DNA of 63,779 nt, the filler included, from Choristocarpus tenellus KU-1152 (Eukaryota; Protista; Phaeophyceae), in assembly GCA_964200185.2 (NCBI GenBank). It is 10 parts of 10 records of this genome, joined end to end, with 100 filler letters (N's around TTAATTAATTAA, not from the genome) between each part and the next. Parts side by side here need not be neighbours in the genome. Positions count along the whole stretch, not along the records: positions 22,988 to 45,101 come from CAXNAD020000300.1; positions 45,202 to 49,522 come from CAXNAD020015126.1; positions 49,623 to 54,444 come from CAXNAD020012933.1; 7 more parts are not named here. One strand, 5' to 3'. Shown here one piece after another: positions 38,037-50,061 of this stretch. A model generated the notes under the pieces. It did not search any database, was not told the DNA's origin, and was given only the letters and a program-made list of their open reading frames with translations. The position numbers were made by a program, and so were the translations under genes. Position 1 is the first letter of the stretch. Every line of letters starts with the position of its first letter.

Positions 38037-39658
38037 AGTAGATACTCTGCCTCTGACTCACTCGCGAAAACAAGAGGGTTGGTGAGTATGACATGTCATG
38101 TGTGGCTTTATGTGCAACCGGGGAGGGTAGGTGCAGGTGAGAGTACTCCCCGGAGACAATGAACCGAGGTGAATTGAAGGATTGCATCCGAAAAATAGGG
38201 TTTCTTATACTCATATCACATTGGAATTAATACTTGGGAGTATTTAGTAGTGCACAGGGTCATACAGTACGTAATTTTACTAGATTTACTACTGGGCAAT
38301 AGATAATATTGATGACACAAAACCTGAAATTCCATATAGTCTTATGGAAGACCAAGGGTGGAACTTGAAACGGTTGGTTTTTGAAATTCAAAGGGCATGT
38401 GTAACTCTAAGGGGGGAACAGAATTGATATTTTCAACACTTTATCTGTGTGTGGAGTTTGCTGCTGGTTAGGAACTCAGCCAAACAAGGTTAAATCGAGC
38501 ATGGTGTTGTGGATGAATGTATGTATCGCTATCTGTATTTTTTAGCACCTTGAAGAGAAGAGTATCTTTTTGTGCCAGAATGAAATTTGTGTGCGAGTGT
38601 GTGTGGTGCATTACCTCCTTCCCCCTCATGTTTAGTAACCTTCTTACTTACCCCTAAAGTTGGTAATAGTTACCTTCATAAATGGAAATAGTGGCAACGA
38701 CAACAAAGATCACACGAATAGTTAGAGAGGTCTTGAACTGCAGTTGCTGTAGTGTTGTTCATGATTGCTATTTGTCGGATCTCGTTATGAATCTCATCAT
38801 TGTGATATGCTGGTATTAATATTCATGAATGGCAGGTAGGTTACTAGTGAAAACAAACAAAAATGAAGCAACATGGCAATTTTTATTATATTAAGTAGTA
38901 GTATTATGTACTGCCAGATGTAGTTCAATGTTATACGTGATATTGTGCCTATCATTGTGCATATAAATTTCTTGCTCCAAAACAAAACACAAACAAATAT
39001 TCATTATCAATTGAGCCTGCGTCACAATGACAATGATACACAGATACATACATACATACATACATACATACATACATGCATACATACATACATACAAAAT
39101 GTTCGTCACAGCTTACAAATCCGTGTGATGGGAATATCCCTAACTACCTACCTGTCGTCAAGGTTGCCACGACTAATTGTATCACTGCCTCCCTTGATGC
39201 ATTCTTTCTCGTGCAATTTATTCAGTCATTCTACCAAGGATGGTAATGTTTAATCCGCCTCCTCCCTCAAGTCTCCTTGTGCTGGACCCACCTCCCTGGT
39301 GTTGCTCAGAAATGAGGCCAATTTCTCAACATATTTTTTGTGGTATACCAGTAGACTGGAAGAAAAATAAAAGTACTGTAATCCAAAATTTGCCCAAAAT
39401 GTGGAAAATGCGCAGTCAAACCCAAATATCAATGCGAAGAAGTCTATCAGGTGATGTTGAAGGTAAATTCGACACATGCCACAACGAGATTCGATCAGTC
39501 AATCAAGTACAACACCAACTTTCGTTCTTCGCCTATCCCATCAGGATGCTCTCAACAGCGCAAAAAAATGTACAGTAGTCAAGGTACTGATTACATTTTC
39601 AAATTCAATTTCACGCAATGCCCCCAAAATAATACAAAGCACAACATGAAGGTCTGGT

Positions 39659-39832
39659 GAGCCAGAGTATCTAGGGGGGGGGGTGGCTTCTGTCCATCAT
39701 TTGGGGCCAATTTTTTTATGTCGCGATTTTTGGGTGATTTGGTTGCATGTGTCGGATGGATAAAGTAAGTGCACTTTTCCTGGTTTTGTCCGGATGAACA
39801 CCCTGGTTAGACCCCCCCAGATACTTTGAGTC
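39659..39832. mobile_element. MITE subfamily A, complete copy
   Basis: gagccagagtatctagggg...ccccagatactttgagtc; homologous in reverse orientation to 24977-25121. Confidence 0.8.
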
Positions 39833-40489
39833 AGTACTAGAATAAATAAACATAAAAAAAATACTGTACTGAATCGTTCCATCACCTACCACCACAAATT
39901 TTCCAAAATTTCGATTCCCACTTACAAATCTCCGATTCAAAAGAAAAAAATTCTTAACAACGTTACCACAAACTCTTCACACAGGTGTAACTAGCTGTGA
40001 CTGGGAGTCCAATGAACAAAGCAGAGCAGTAAAAAAATATCAGCAATACGCACCCGTTCATTTCCCAACCATGTGATCCAAAACCATTGATATCAAACGA
40101 CCTCCCATACATTGTGTCTTTCCACTAAACCAAACAATTAAACTTACACACAAACACACTTCAAGGCAACAACAGTAGGCATTTTTGCTCACCTGCTAGA
40201 TGTGGTCTAACTCGATCAGGTACACTAGAGTACCTAAGGATTGATTGAAGAAGCAAAAACTAATGCTCTACGTATGTAGTGATATTTTCTCTCACTATCG
40301 CTCATCAAAATTGTGGAGTAGCAAGGAGTTCTGTGTCTTCTAGGTTTTCCTTTAATGACCGCCCCCAAAACACTGCACCCTGTGTTTACATCCTCCTTGC
40401 TGTGCTAATCGTTACCTAGTTTCGTAACGGCGAAGAGGGGGCAACGATAAAATGCTTCACCATGTCGAGATAGAGATGAGTGGCGACAT

Positions 40490-41110
40490 GATGACATCAT
40501 CATGTATTATGTCTTTCGGCTGAAAGAGTCAAATCAATTGAGAGACATGATTGCGTTGAAAGGGTAAAAATATGCCGTTTTGTACAATTCTGTAGAAGAA
40601 GTGGAATATAATTCAGATACTCCTACTTCAAAGCATTTACAACAGATTCATTAAGAAGAGCAATAATAAGTTGCAATGTGGTCAGTTTTTTTTGTTGACC
40701 GTAGTTTTTTAGGTAAGCAATAGTATTGATAGCAATATTTAAATATTGGTGGAATTTTTCTAAGTCTCTATTAAATATATAATAATAACTACCAACATAT
40801 GTATTATAAGCAAGATAGGATGCTTTTTCTTCATTAATTAAATCTGACAATCTTATTTCCTTTTTATGCTCTTCTAACCACTCTACATATTTTGTTGATG
40901 TTGTTATCGTTCGTGTTGTAAACGTCTTTATTCGTAAGAGGATTATTTGTCGTTTAACAAAATATTACATAATACTACATAAAAACATCCACATTCTGAA
41001 TCGAACCTTGTTTAGCATCCAAAAAGTAAATATCGCATTTCTCAAGTCTGTGCCTGAGGACGTTAACAACATGATAGGGACAATAACCCACCTCATCACG
41101 CTTCAAAACA
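40490..41110 (-). pseudogene. AT-rich, intronless, disrupted ORF of unknown origin
   Basis: About 200 codons of protein-like N/K/Y/I-rich sequence, broken by a few stops and one frameshift in an A run. Composition differs from the host exons. Confidence 0.4.
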
Positions 41111-41207
41111 AACACGGAAAAAGAAAGAATGAAATATAAAAAAGACAACTCCAAAAAGAATAAAAACAATACTCCACACCATAAAACACAACAAAAAGAA
41201 AACAATA

Positions 41208-41865
41208 ATGCGGACGCTGGAACAGCCCCCTACAGGGACAAAGGCCTTCTGCTAGATGTCACATTCGCAGAAGTACAGACAACCCCCCACCTCACCCACT
41301 CATCCACCAGCAATGAATGGTGTAGCTGCTGCTGCAGCTGAGGCACGAAAGCACACCCACTACAAGGGTCCTTTTGATCCTCGTAGTTATCATAACCTCA
41401 ACACCTTCGCGGTGGAAAGTTTTGGGCACCTCGGCAAGCAAGTGGAATGTTTCCTGGGTGAGCTGGCTACTCACATGGTAGGGGGGAGAGGAGCGGGAGG
41501 ATGTAGCAAGAAAGGAGTATTTAAATCCCGGCTAGGTCAAATTGTCTCCGTAACTACACAAGTGGCACTGTCCAGACGCGATATGCGTTTTAAACTGGAA
41601 TCACTAGGGAGGGAGATGGGCACGGAGGGGTTTATTGGATTCTTGGGATGCCTCCCTAGCTCCTCCCCCCGGGGTACAGGTACAGATAGATTGGAGACAC
41701 AGACAAGAAGGCGGTAGTACAACATAGTGGTGAAGTAATAAATGGATCGGTATCTTTCACATTTATGACATTTTATTTCCTTAGGTCTTGTACTGACAAT
41801 GTGTGTAGTTTTGGTTGGTTTCCCATTGACACATCTCCAAATGTCAGAGGGCATAATAATAAAAT
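41208..41865 (+). mobile_element. CRE-like non-LTR retrotransposon 3' end, copy 2
   Basis: LLLDVT..AAAAAEARKHTHY..FAVESFGHLG is the restriction-like endonuclease tail of CRE/R2-group elements. The 3' UTR ends in (TAA)n. Confidence 0.85.
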
Positions 41866-42304
41866 AATACAAAATCTCACATCTCAATTTTACCCATATC
41901 ACTCATCCATAAAAGTCCAAAAATAATATTGAAACTCTTTCCCATCTGTACTAAATGTAGGTGTTTAGTGTTTGAGTAGAGAGAGGTTTTCTTTTCGACA
42001 CCACACCAAAGACAATGCAGAACAACAGTCAGTAGCAACATATGAGTAGTACACCCCCCCTACGTGTTCGGACGATGTGATCCGACCATTAACATTATTT
42101 GTGTATGTGTCATCCACTCAGCGCACAGTGCAAACAATTACTCACTCACATCATCGCAGGTATGTGTTTTTTCGTCTGATCGCTTTCCCAATCTACCCCT
42201 CTCGTCCCCCGTCCCCACCCCTCCCCACAATACCATTTCCATTCTCTGCAAGGCAACAGAACAAAAAACCGACGCAGTTCAGCACCAAAGCACCCAAGAA
42301 CAAG

Positions 42305-42799
42305 ATGGCCCGCTTCCTTCCTAAAGTGTTCTGCATCCTCTTCCTGGCAGCAGGCGCTGCCGCCTTCGTCCCGCCCACGTCCGGTTTGCAATGGATGAAG
42401 GCCAGGGCCGTGGTGTCCAGGTCGCTTCGCATGGGGTACGTCCCCGATGGCGTTTCCACGGACGAATATGAGCGCATCAAGAAGAAGGAGACGGCCGTAA
42501 AGAGCAACCTCGGACGAATTGGCATCACCAAATTCCAGAGCCGATTGATGAAGGCGTGGCAAACTAGCGGGGCCTCGCACCTTTTCCCCAAGGATCCGAA
42601 GACGACGCCAAGGGAGGCCTTGCCTTACATACAAAGGGGGGGCGGGAGCTGGGACAACTCCGACCTGGGTGCGAAGCTGAGGGGTATGTGGGTCTCGTGG
42701 ACGGAAGCCGATAGGGAGTACAAGAACGGGGGCGAGGAGAGGGCACGGAGCAGATCCATTTGGGGTACTCCGCTGGAGGAGGACACGCCCTGGGCGTAA
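42305..42799 (+). CDS. Plastid-targeted conserved hypothetical protein (164 aa), uninterrupted CDS
   Basis: Signal peptide ending AAA|FVP (ASAFAP-type motif), R/S-rich transit peptide ending LRM, mature part GYVPDG..PYIQRGGGSWDNSDL. High GC3; putative 5'-UTR intron at 42160-42252. Confidence 0.9.
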   Translation: MARFLPKVFCILFLAAGAAAFVPPTSGLQWMKARAVVSRSLRMGYVPDGVSTDEYERIKKKETAVKSNLGRIGITKFQSRLMKAWQTSGASHLFPKDPKTTPREALPYIQRGGGSWDNSDLGAKLRGMWVSWTEADREYKNGGEERARSRSIWGTPLEEDTPWA

Positions 42800-43529
42800 A
42801 TGTTCAGTCTCACTGTGACAGTTTTGGTATGTATGTGTGTGTGTGTGTACTGTGTGTTACTGGCAGGCACCCTGGTTCGTCAGATCAGGTGCTTTGTTTG
42901 TGGTCTGCATTCCGTGTAACAGCATTTAGCGCCTTGGCCTGTCACCTGTGTAATACGGAGCAGATGATGTTGGTGGTGGTGAGTAAGACTTGGTTGTGCG
43001 GAAGGGCACGTCCTTTTCCCTAGCGTGTATGATGAGTGAGTATTTCCGAAGGGAGTCGAGCAACACGGGCAGGGAGGAAAGAGTTTGTGCTACAGTGCAG
43101 CATGACTCGTGGCCATGTTACGTGACAGTCCTGGGAATTGCTGTGTGGGGAGTGAGCCGATGATGAAATATCAGCACCCCTGCCTCCTGGGCAAGTCGTG
43201 TTTTCTGCGAACAAGGATGGATCTGCTCGTGCAATTACTTCGAAGTACGTTTTATTGTATTTTTCGAGGAGTGGTGTATATGTAGTGCTATAGTATTTGC
43301 ATTTGTGCTGTGGTGGACATACATTATCCGGTGAGGTGATCAATGGGGTGTGAAGGAATTTACAAAGACCGCTGTGGCCCCTGACACGTGCCTCCTGCCC
43401 CATGGCCCTTTGGTAGTGATGTGTAGTGATGTGTAGTGTGTACATTAAATTAATAATATTTTATTGATGATCACAAAAAATGTCTTGTCCTGGTGTTGCG
43501 TTCTTTGCTGTTGAGCAACACACCTTTTT

Positions 43530-44110
43530 GTTCTCCATCCTGTGGAGTCATGTGCGACATATTCATCTCCAATGATTCCACCTGACTCCAGACACCTGAC
43601 CGCTTCAACAAGAAATCTGAGAAGGAGATGAACATCAATGCAGAAGTGGGTAGATATTGCGGTGTGGGCGTAGTCAACAACCCACTTGATACGACTTTTC
43701 TGTGTGGACCACACAGGTAATTGAGCACTCTACTGTAGCATAAGTTAATCACTGTGCGTGTGAAGTATCATCATCCACCCATGAACCCAAAATGCGGGCG
43801 CGACTTTGTTTCCTCCGCGCCTCCCGGAGTGTACTGGCTAGAACCTGCAAACCACATTGGTGCCATGCATCAACAATTGAAGATAGAACATGAAACAATT
43901 CACTCGCGATCCCCCCCCCTGACAAAACAAGGAGAGAATGATGTGATCGAAATAAAAATGTATTTATTAAAATTCTTTCCTTTAAGACTGTAAGAAGAAC
44001 GTAGAGCTCGTGCAGGTGGTACAACAATTCAGAATATATTGATCAATCTGAAATGCACAGCAAGGCAGTAATGTGTTGTTCAACAAACCAGGATGCAGAC
44101 GAGGAAGGGT
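43530..44110 (+). mobile_element. Possible hAT transposase C-terminal remnant
   Basis: E...Y....NPLD..W and LAIP..Q.EN spacing reminiscent of the hAT dimerisation domain; very decayed. Confidence 0.25.
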
Positions 44111-46728
44111 TAAGATTAGGTGTAGGGAGTAATATTTTCGAGATAACACCCTCCCTCCCAGGGTCGCCTATTGCGTTGCAGCGATACTGCCAAAGTTTGA
44201 ACAGACACTTTATGCAAAGTAACTTAATTGTGTATACAATATGGCTGACGAATGGTGCATCTGAGCTATCCTATCTTAGAGGCTCTAGGGGGGGGTGTCA
44301 TTGAGTAGATGAGGCCCCTGTGGATTCCTCATAGTACCTGTGCTTCTAGCACCATGTGAAGGGCGATTTTGTGCTGTTGCGGACGAAACGTTGTCTGTTC
44401 TTCTACAGCCATAACGTCGTCAGAACGAGGGTTTAGCTATGTTCCAGGCAATCACAGCGACGGGGGTAGAACGTCAAGGAGAGGGTGTAAGAAAACACGT
44501 GATTACTCAAAAGGCCCTGAGTAGACCTCCCTTTAAGGTATAGTGATACACTAGGGCTCATTCTGAGTCTACATGCAATAACAACACTCGAGGTAACACA
44601 AGATCGGTGTAGGTACTGCAACAATCAAGGAGTAGCAACGCACTGTATATGCGGCAAAACGAGCTAGAATTGTCACCGTACGCGTATCTCACACTTCCCT
44701 GGGTGGGTCTTACAAGTCCTTCCTGTACACATTCCGAACAACCCTCCCTACCAAAAGGGGGGGGAAGTTAAGGCAATAGCACCACTACTGCTGTTGTATT
44801 TACTCGTTGCTTGAATGAAGGAGCAATGAATTTCTGTAATTCAATACACAGGAGCACTTCACTGACATCCCACAGAGGAAGACACTACTAGGTATCATTA
44901 TGGTGGGGGGGAGAAACAGCCTTAACACACATCGAACACACGGCCAACAGAGAAACTTAAGCAAGGACAGGTCATTATGCTGTTACTCCACTGAGTATGT
45001 TGCTGTGTGCTGTGGTTGAATATAGCATGCAACACAGTATGAGCCAAAGCATCTTAGAGGGTAGAGCCGTGTCCATTTGGAGGTCAAAAACCAATGTTGC
45101 GNNNNNNNNNNNNNNNNNNNNNNNNNNNNNNNNNNNNNNNNNNNNTTAATTAATTAANNNNNNNNNNNNNNNNNNNNNNNNNNNNNNNNNNNNNNNNNNN
45201 NCCCCCCAGATACTTTGGGTCTCAGTTGATTGAGTGTTTTGTTGCAGTAGAAACCAAACGAGTAACCTGTATTGTTTTCATTTGCATTCAAACATCCATT
45301 GGTGTCTTCCACCAGAGCGTTAAGATGCAAGGATAACTGCTACTCTTGTTGATTTGAATGAAGCATTATCGTAGGTGAATGTTTTCAACTCCTCCCCCAC
45401 CTACTGTAAACAATGTTAGACACATTCCTGCTCCACGCTCATGCCAACCTCATGAAGCAAGGCAGGACACAAGCACACAGGAAGACCATTTACCATTAAA
45501 GAAAAGAAAGTACATTGACTACTGTTGTTTTCTCTATCATTCTTTGCTTACATTAGGGTCTTACACCACATCTACACAACTTGATTCCGAACTCTCATCA
45601 TACATTCACACCGGATACAACAATGAAAAGCAGTACTTACGTTTTACCTGCTGAGGTGATGCGCTCACAAATAGCATGGACTACAACAAAGGGAGATAGA
45701 CAGTGAGATCTCTGCCTTCTGGCTTTGGTCGTGCTTGTGTTGCAAGACTCTCCACACACTCCTACTCTCAGGATTCACCCCCAGGTCAGCATAGTCTGGA
45801 GTATGTGATGTCCACAAGGAAAACAGCGTATTTCAGCCAAACCGTGACATACATGTTGTGTCCCTCTCCCTTGTCTCTCCCTTACCCTTTTTTTCTGCCA
45901 CACGATATCACTCCCCTTGAATCGATACCACTCTGCTTCACTGGGATAAATCAATCCATGAAAAGTGGTGGAGAGAGTTGACAAAAGAAACCCAACACAA
46001 TCGATGCAAAAATACCCTGAGCTCCGTAAGAGTAATGCAAAACAAGAATCAAATCATGTATGAACGCATAGTGAAGCTCCTCCTCTTTCAAAGCTGAAAC
46101 GTTCCACTACTTTTGTTTTCTGAATAAAAAAAAATACTGACCACAATTCACGAGTCTCTCTATGTGCACATGAGCTCAAGTGTATCAGCTGGAAAGGAGA
46201 GCATGGCCCCGTTGCCCCTCTACTCCCTCCCAAGGACAGTATTCAAAAATGTTGGCTGCCCACCAAAATCTTGCCCTGAATCCCCAATAGGCCACACTCA
46301 CCAGTTACACAAATACACCCCCCTTGCTCTACAATTATATACTGTCTTATCTCCTACGATAATCCATTATGTAAGCTACCCTGTTACTCCTCACCCACTC
46401 GTACGGGGATGGCCAAGTTCCATTACTACATTCTGCCTCTGCCTGGGCAAGCATTGCAGCCACAACAGAAGATAATCCTCTTGCCTGGTGAGGGTTCAGC
46501 AAAGATGCTGAGAGGGAGTACCCTGCCCCTCCCAACAAAACAGTGATGGAGTCAAAAGCCATCTAACCCATAATGCACATTGATTGTGGCACAAAGAGGG
46601 CCAACAGATCATGACATATCCTTTCCAGCATCATCTTTCGACTCCATCCAACACCCGCTCCCTCTTCAACCCTGCCTGTTTCCCCCCTCCAGGGGGATAT
46701 TTGCTGCATACGCCTTGCCCCACCCGTC

Positions 46729-46844
46729 TCAGCTTGAGGGGTAGAATGTCTTCCCTTCCCGGGCATGATCCTGGATCAACTGGCAGGGACGGAAGTGCTC
46801 TCCTTGGGAGTCCGCTAGCCTCATCATCATGTCGGCATAGGGCC
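46729..46844 (-). CDS. HADHA: Trifunctional beta-oxidation enzyme alpha subunit (HADHA/FadJ-like), last exon
   Basis: GPYADMMMRLADSQGEHFRPCQLIQDHAREGKTFYPSS* matches the G..F.PC.LL.DHA....KFY C-terminus. Phase 1 fits the upstream exon. Confidence 0.9.
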
Positions 46845-47127
46845 CTTGCAGCAACAAGAAACAGAGATCAACGAAAGAGGGGGGGAGAGAGGTAGCAGTC
46901 AACCATTGGTGTTCTACTGATACAAGGACTATATGGTGAGCACACTTCGCAGTAGGGACTATTCGCGAGATCAGACTGAACGTAAAAAGCAGGCACAGGA
47001 AGGAGGGGGGAGGTAAAGTGATGTATCGTGACCTACAGTAATGAGGTCACGAAAGTGCTGCACCTCAAAAGTTCATTTGTGCACATATATGACCCTTCAA
47101 CACCTGGTTCTCTAGGACTCCACTCAC

Positions 47128-47267
47128 CAGCGCCTCGCTGGTCAAGCAGTCGGAATGGCCCACCACGGAAGGGTGGGAAGCCCATGCCGAACACAGCTCC
47201 AATGTCGCCATCAACTGGGGAGGATATGATGCCCTCCTGCAGGCATAAAGCTGCCTCATTAACAAAC
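47128..47267 (-). CDS. HADHA: Trifunctional beta-oxidation enzyme alpha subunit, penultimate exon
   Basis: [42 protein letters not shown] is highly conserved. GTGAGT donor. Confidence 0.95.
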
Positions 47268-47671
47268 CTTTCGCGACACAGACATGTAAATGTGTGGAAA
47301 AACAAAGGAGTGTAAAACGCATGCATGCAGAGCATAAGGCAGGAAGGGAAGCAGAATCAGGAATAGTTTGAGGGAAGGAGCGATGGAGGACAAGGGAGGG
47401 CTACTATTAATATTACTAGTAGAGATGTACAATATGCTAGTCACGTTCATTCAAGCATTTCACATTCCTAAGGAGTCTGTGCTTCTATATCACGTACCCC
47501 AAAAAATCTCTAGCTAAGATAAACAGAATTGCTGTACAAATTAAGGGGGTGGAAAGTGGGTGCATGGGGAATAGATGCGGCATCGTAGATTATGCCCTGA
47601 GGTAGAAAATGTTAATCCACTCACTGCCCCCCTGCCTCAAAATCCGTACGGTTTGTGCCCTTGTATCTCAC

Positions 47672-47871
47672 CTGCATATCATTCGGTCTTGAATCTCCTC
47701 CACACTAAGCTTAATCTCTGACCTAGCACCTCCTTGCTGGTAACCCTTGATCAGTGCCACAGCCTCCGGGTTGATTTCCCTCCTAGAAGATGCCTTGCCC
47801 CCCTTCTTGCCCTCCTGGGGGTACAGGTAGAAGCCCTTTCCTGCCTTGCGACCAAGGAAACCCTTCTCCAT
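47672..47871 (-). CDS. HADHA: Trifunctional beta-oxidation enzyme alpha subunit, exon (3-hydroxyacyl-CoA dehydrogenase C-terminal)
   Basis: KGFLGRKAGKGFYLY...EEIQDRM; caacag acceptor, GTGAGA donor, phase 2 fits. Confidence 0.95.
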
Positions 47872-48829
47872 CTGTTGCAATTCAAACATGCAGAGAGGCA
47901 GATACACGGGAGAGGAATCATAGAACAGCATAGTATGCCTCAGTATTCATACCCTCACATTTTTCCATTTTGAGGTACTATACCCTAAAGTGTTGCCACT
48001 GCCTGGGTTGTCTGGACTGCACACATCTCATCACAGTCCTCTTTACACAACAGGCTATCATATAGTACTTACTGCACGGGTTATTCTCATCTCAAATGCT
48101 TGATCCCACATGACACCTACAGAGCGTAACTTCCCCAAGTCACTCTAACCTTTGTTTCACAACAGAGGCAAGGGTTTTTTACCAATTCAGCATACAGAGT
48201 CCCAAGGATCACTACAACCACCTTGGAGTGAAATGGAAAGTGACCAAGAGAGCTACAACTTTTTCAGTGCACTTGCTGTATGAAATGGTACGAAGGGTTG
48301 CATAGTGTCAGAATGTTCAGTTGAAACTGCAGCAATGAGGGAAGAAATAATAATTATTTTTGGGATATTGTCTGTCATTTTTTCAAGGTAATAAACCAAA
48401 CGTAATTGGAAACGTGGGAACAAGTCAGATCTCATGGGGTTGATCAGAGGCCCTAACTCCGCATGGAATCAGGTATGTGCCATTTGGAGAAAATGCTTTG
48501 GCCCCCTGAGGTAGGCTGGAGACATCCAAAACGCTGCAAATTATGGTACAGGTCAATTCATCACATAAAATGTAGATGGGATGAAAGCTGACATCCTAAT
48601 GCATCGATCAAGCTATAGTAGCACCTTTGACTCAAAACACAGCATGAAATAGGGTGCGTGGTCTGATTATAGGGAGCACTTCTGTTGGTATCCTTTTTGT
48701 ATTCATATTTGCACGATGACTTTGCCTGTTCATGGTGCGAAACCTATCCCATTGGGATGCTGGTATACAAAGGACCTATAGGATGTGTTTTTGATGGCTC
48801 AAATCGTTGTGGTTGTAAAATGACGAGTC

Positions 48830-49520
48830 TTGCAACTACTGGCAAAAGGATTCGACAATGTACACGATGACAGCGATCCCTTACAACTTCCTTCGAAAGG
48901 GTCCCCCAGTATTCAACCAGTAACCTGCGAATGCGTACTTTCCTCTCCTATGTCAGAGGTGGGGTCTTGATTCGACCCCTTCTCCACACATACCCCAACT
49001 GCTAGAGGATGGTACCCAAATCACTCAATGAGAGTTCGAGAAAAACTTTAATGTTTACCCAGGTCACCATATCTTGACCGAAGACCATATTTCCCAACGA
49101 GTATTGTGCCTAGACAAAGACCTTCATCTTGTCGAGCTGTGGAGGTTGCACCTCTTATGGGGGCCCACTTGAACAACCCCCCTCTCAGCCCCAAAGGTGA
49201 AAAATATCTCCCCTTTCTCCTTCCAATTTTTCACAATGGGGAAATCCTTGTCGTATCCCATGCCCGCTACTAGGCGGATAGTCTCCACCACCTCAGCTTG
49301 GCCCATATAGTTGTAGATAATGAACTGGTAATATAGGATTAGCAGTACACATGCCTGCCCCTCGGAAACCACATCTCCAATGACCAACTTGAGTTTCTCC
49401 ATTCGCTCTTTGGTATCAGCTTCACTAACCTCTCCAGCATTCCGTCTGGTGGCACTCAAGTCCCGCTTCCTCGTCGCTGCACCCATGCGCTACCTTGCCT
49501 CATCTTTGGTTAGCCTCCCC
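48830..49520 (-). mobile_element. IS630/Tc1-like transposase N-terminal remnant, probably intronic to HADHA
   Basis: L.QLGYVWRRGRIK...ERKVRIRRLLVEY followed by VIVYIVESFC (decayed VY.DES first catalytic motif). Confidence 0.5.
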
Positions 49521-49685
49521 CCNNNNNNNNNNNNNNNNNNNNNNNNNNNNNNNNNNNNNNNNNNNNTTAATTAATTAANNNNNNNNNNNNNNNNNNNNNN
49601 NNNNNNNNNNNNNNNNNNNNNNCAGCCTCTACCCCCCCCCCCACCTTCCCCACCCCCCCCCCCCCCCCCCACCCCCTTTTTCCCT

Positions 49686-49739
<54 letters not shown>

Positions 49740-49740
<1 letters not shown>

Positions 49741-50061
49741 CCCCAGCCCCCTCTGCAACCGCCGCTCCTCCCCCGGTCGCTCCCCGTGTCGCTCCATGAC
49801 CCCAAGCAAGCTCAGTGCCCTTCGATGCAAAGGCTAGCAAGGCCTGGCACTCAACGGAACTGTGGATAGACCCGATGCCGGAGGGGACCGGAACCCCCGA
49901 GGACATTTCGAATCGCACAAGGGTTCGAAGAGGAACATCTGACTTAGGGATAGGGATGCTACCTCCCCTTGACCAGGCATGCCCGAGGGGGTGAGAAGAG
50001 AGGGGGTACCCGGCAGGCAGGGAAGACAGCGAGCGCGGTGGAAGAGTGTCTTTGGCACCCT
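49740..50061 (-). CDS. Candidate exon of an unknown low-complexity protein
   Basis: tgcag acceptor, then over 100 open GC-rich codons (GAKDTLPPRSLSSLPAGYP...AFASKGTELAWG) running into a poly-G contig end. No recognisable domain. Confidence 0.35.

Noticed and set aside
46480-46540. TPP-riboswitch-like GCTGAGA..TACCC
   Set aside because: Lacks the GAACCTGA and downstream P4/P5 elements, and no thiamine gene is nearby.
45640-46562. Possible second minus-strand gene just downstream of HADHA (MAFDSITVLLGG.. and a short exon near 45641-45680)
   Set aside because: Starts only ~170 nt after the HADHA stop, has no recognisable domain and the phases are ambiguous; may be 3' UTR.
4627-47871. Lipid-metabolism cluster (DUF1365 plus HADHA)
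   Set aside because: The genes lie on different, artificially concatenated contigs.
49623-49745. Long poly-C/poly-G tract giving poly-Gly ORFs
   Set aside because: Low-quality homopolymer at a contig end.
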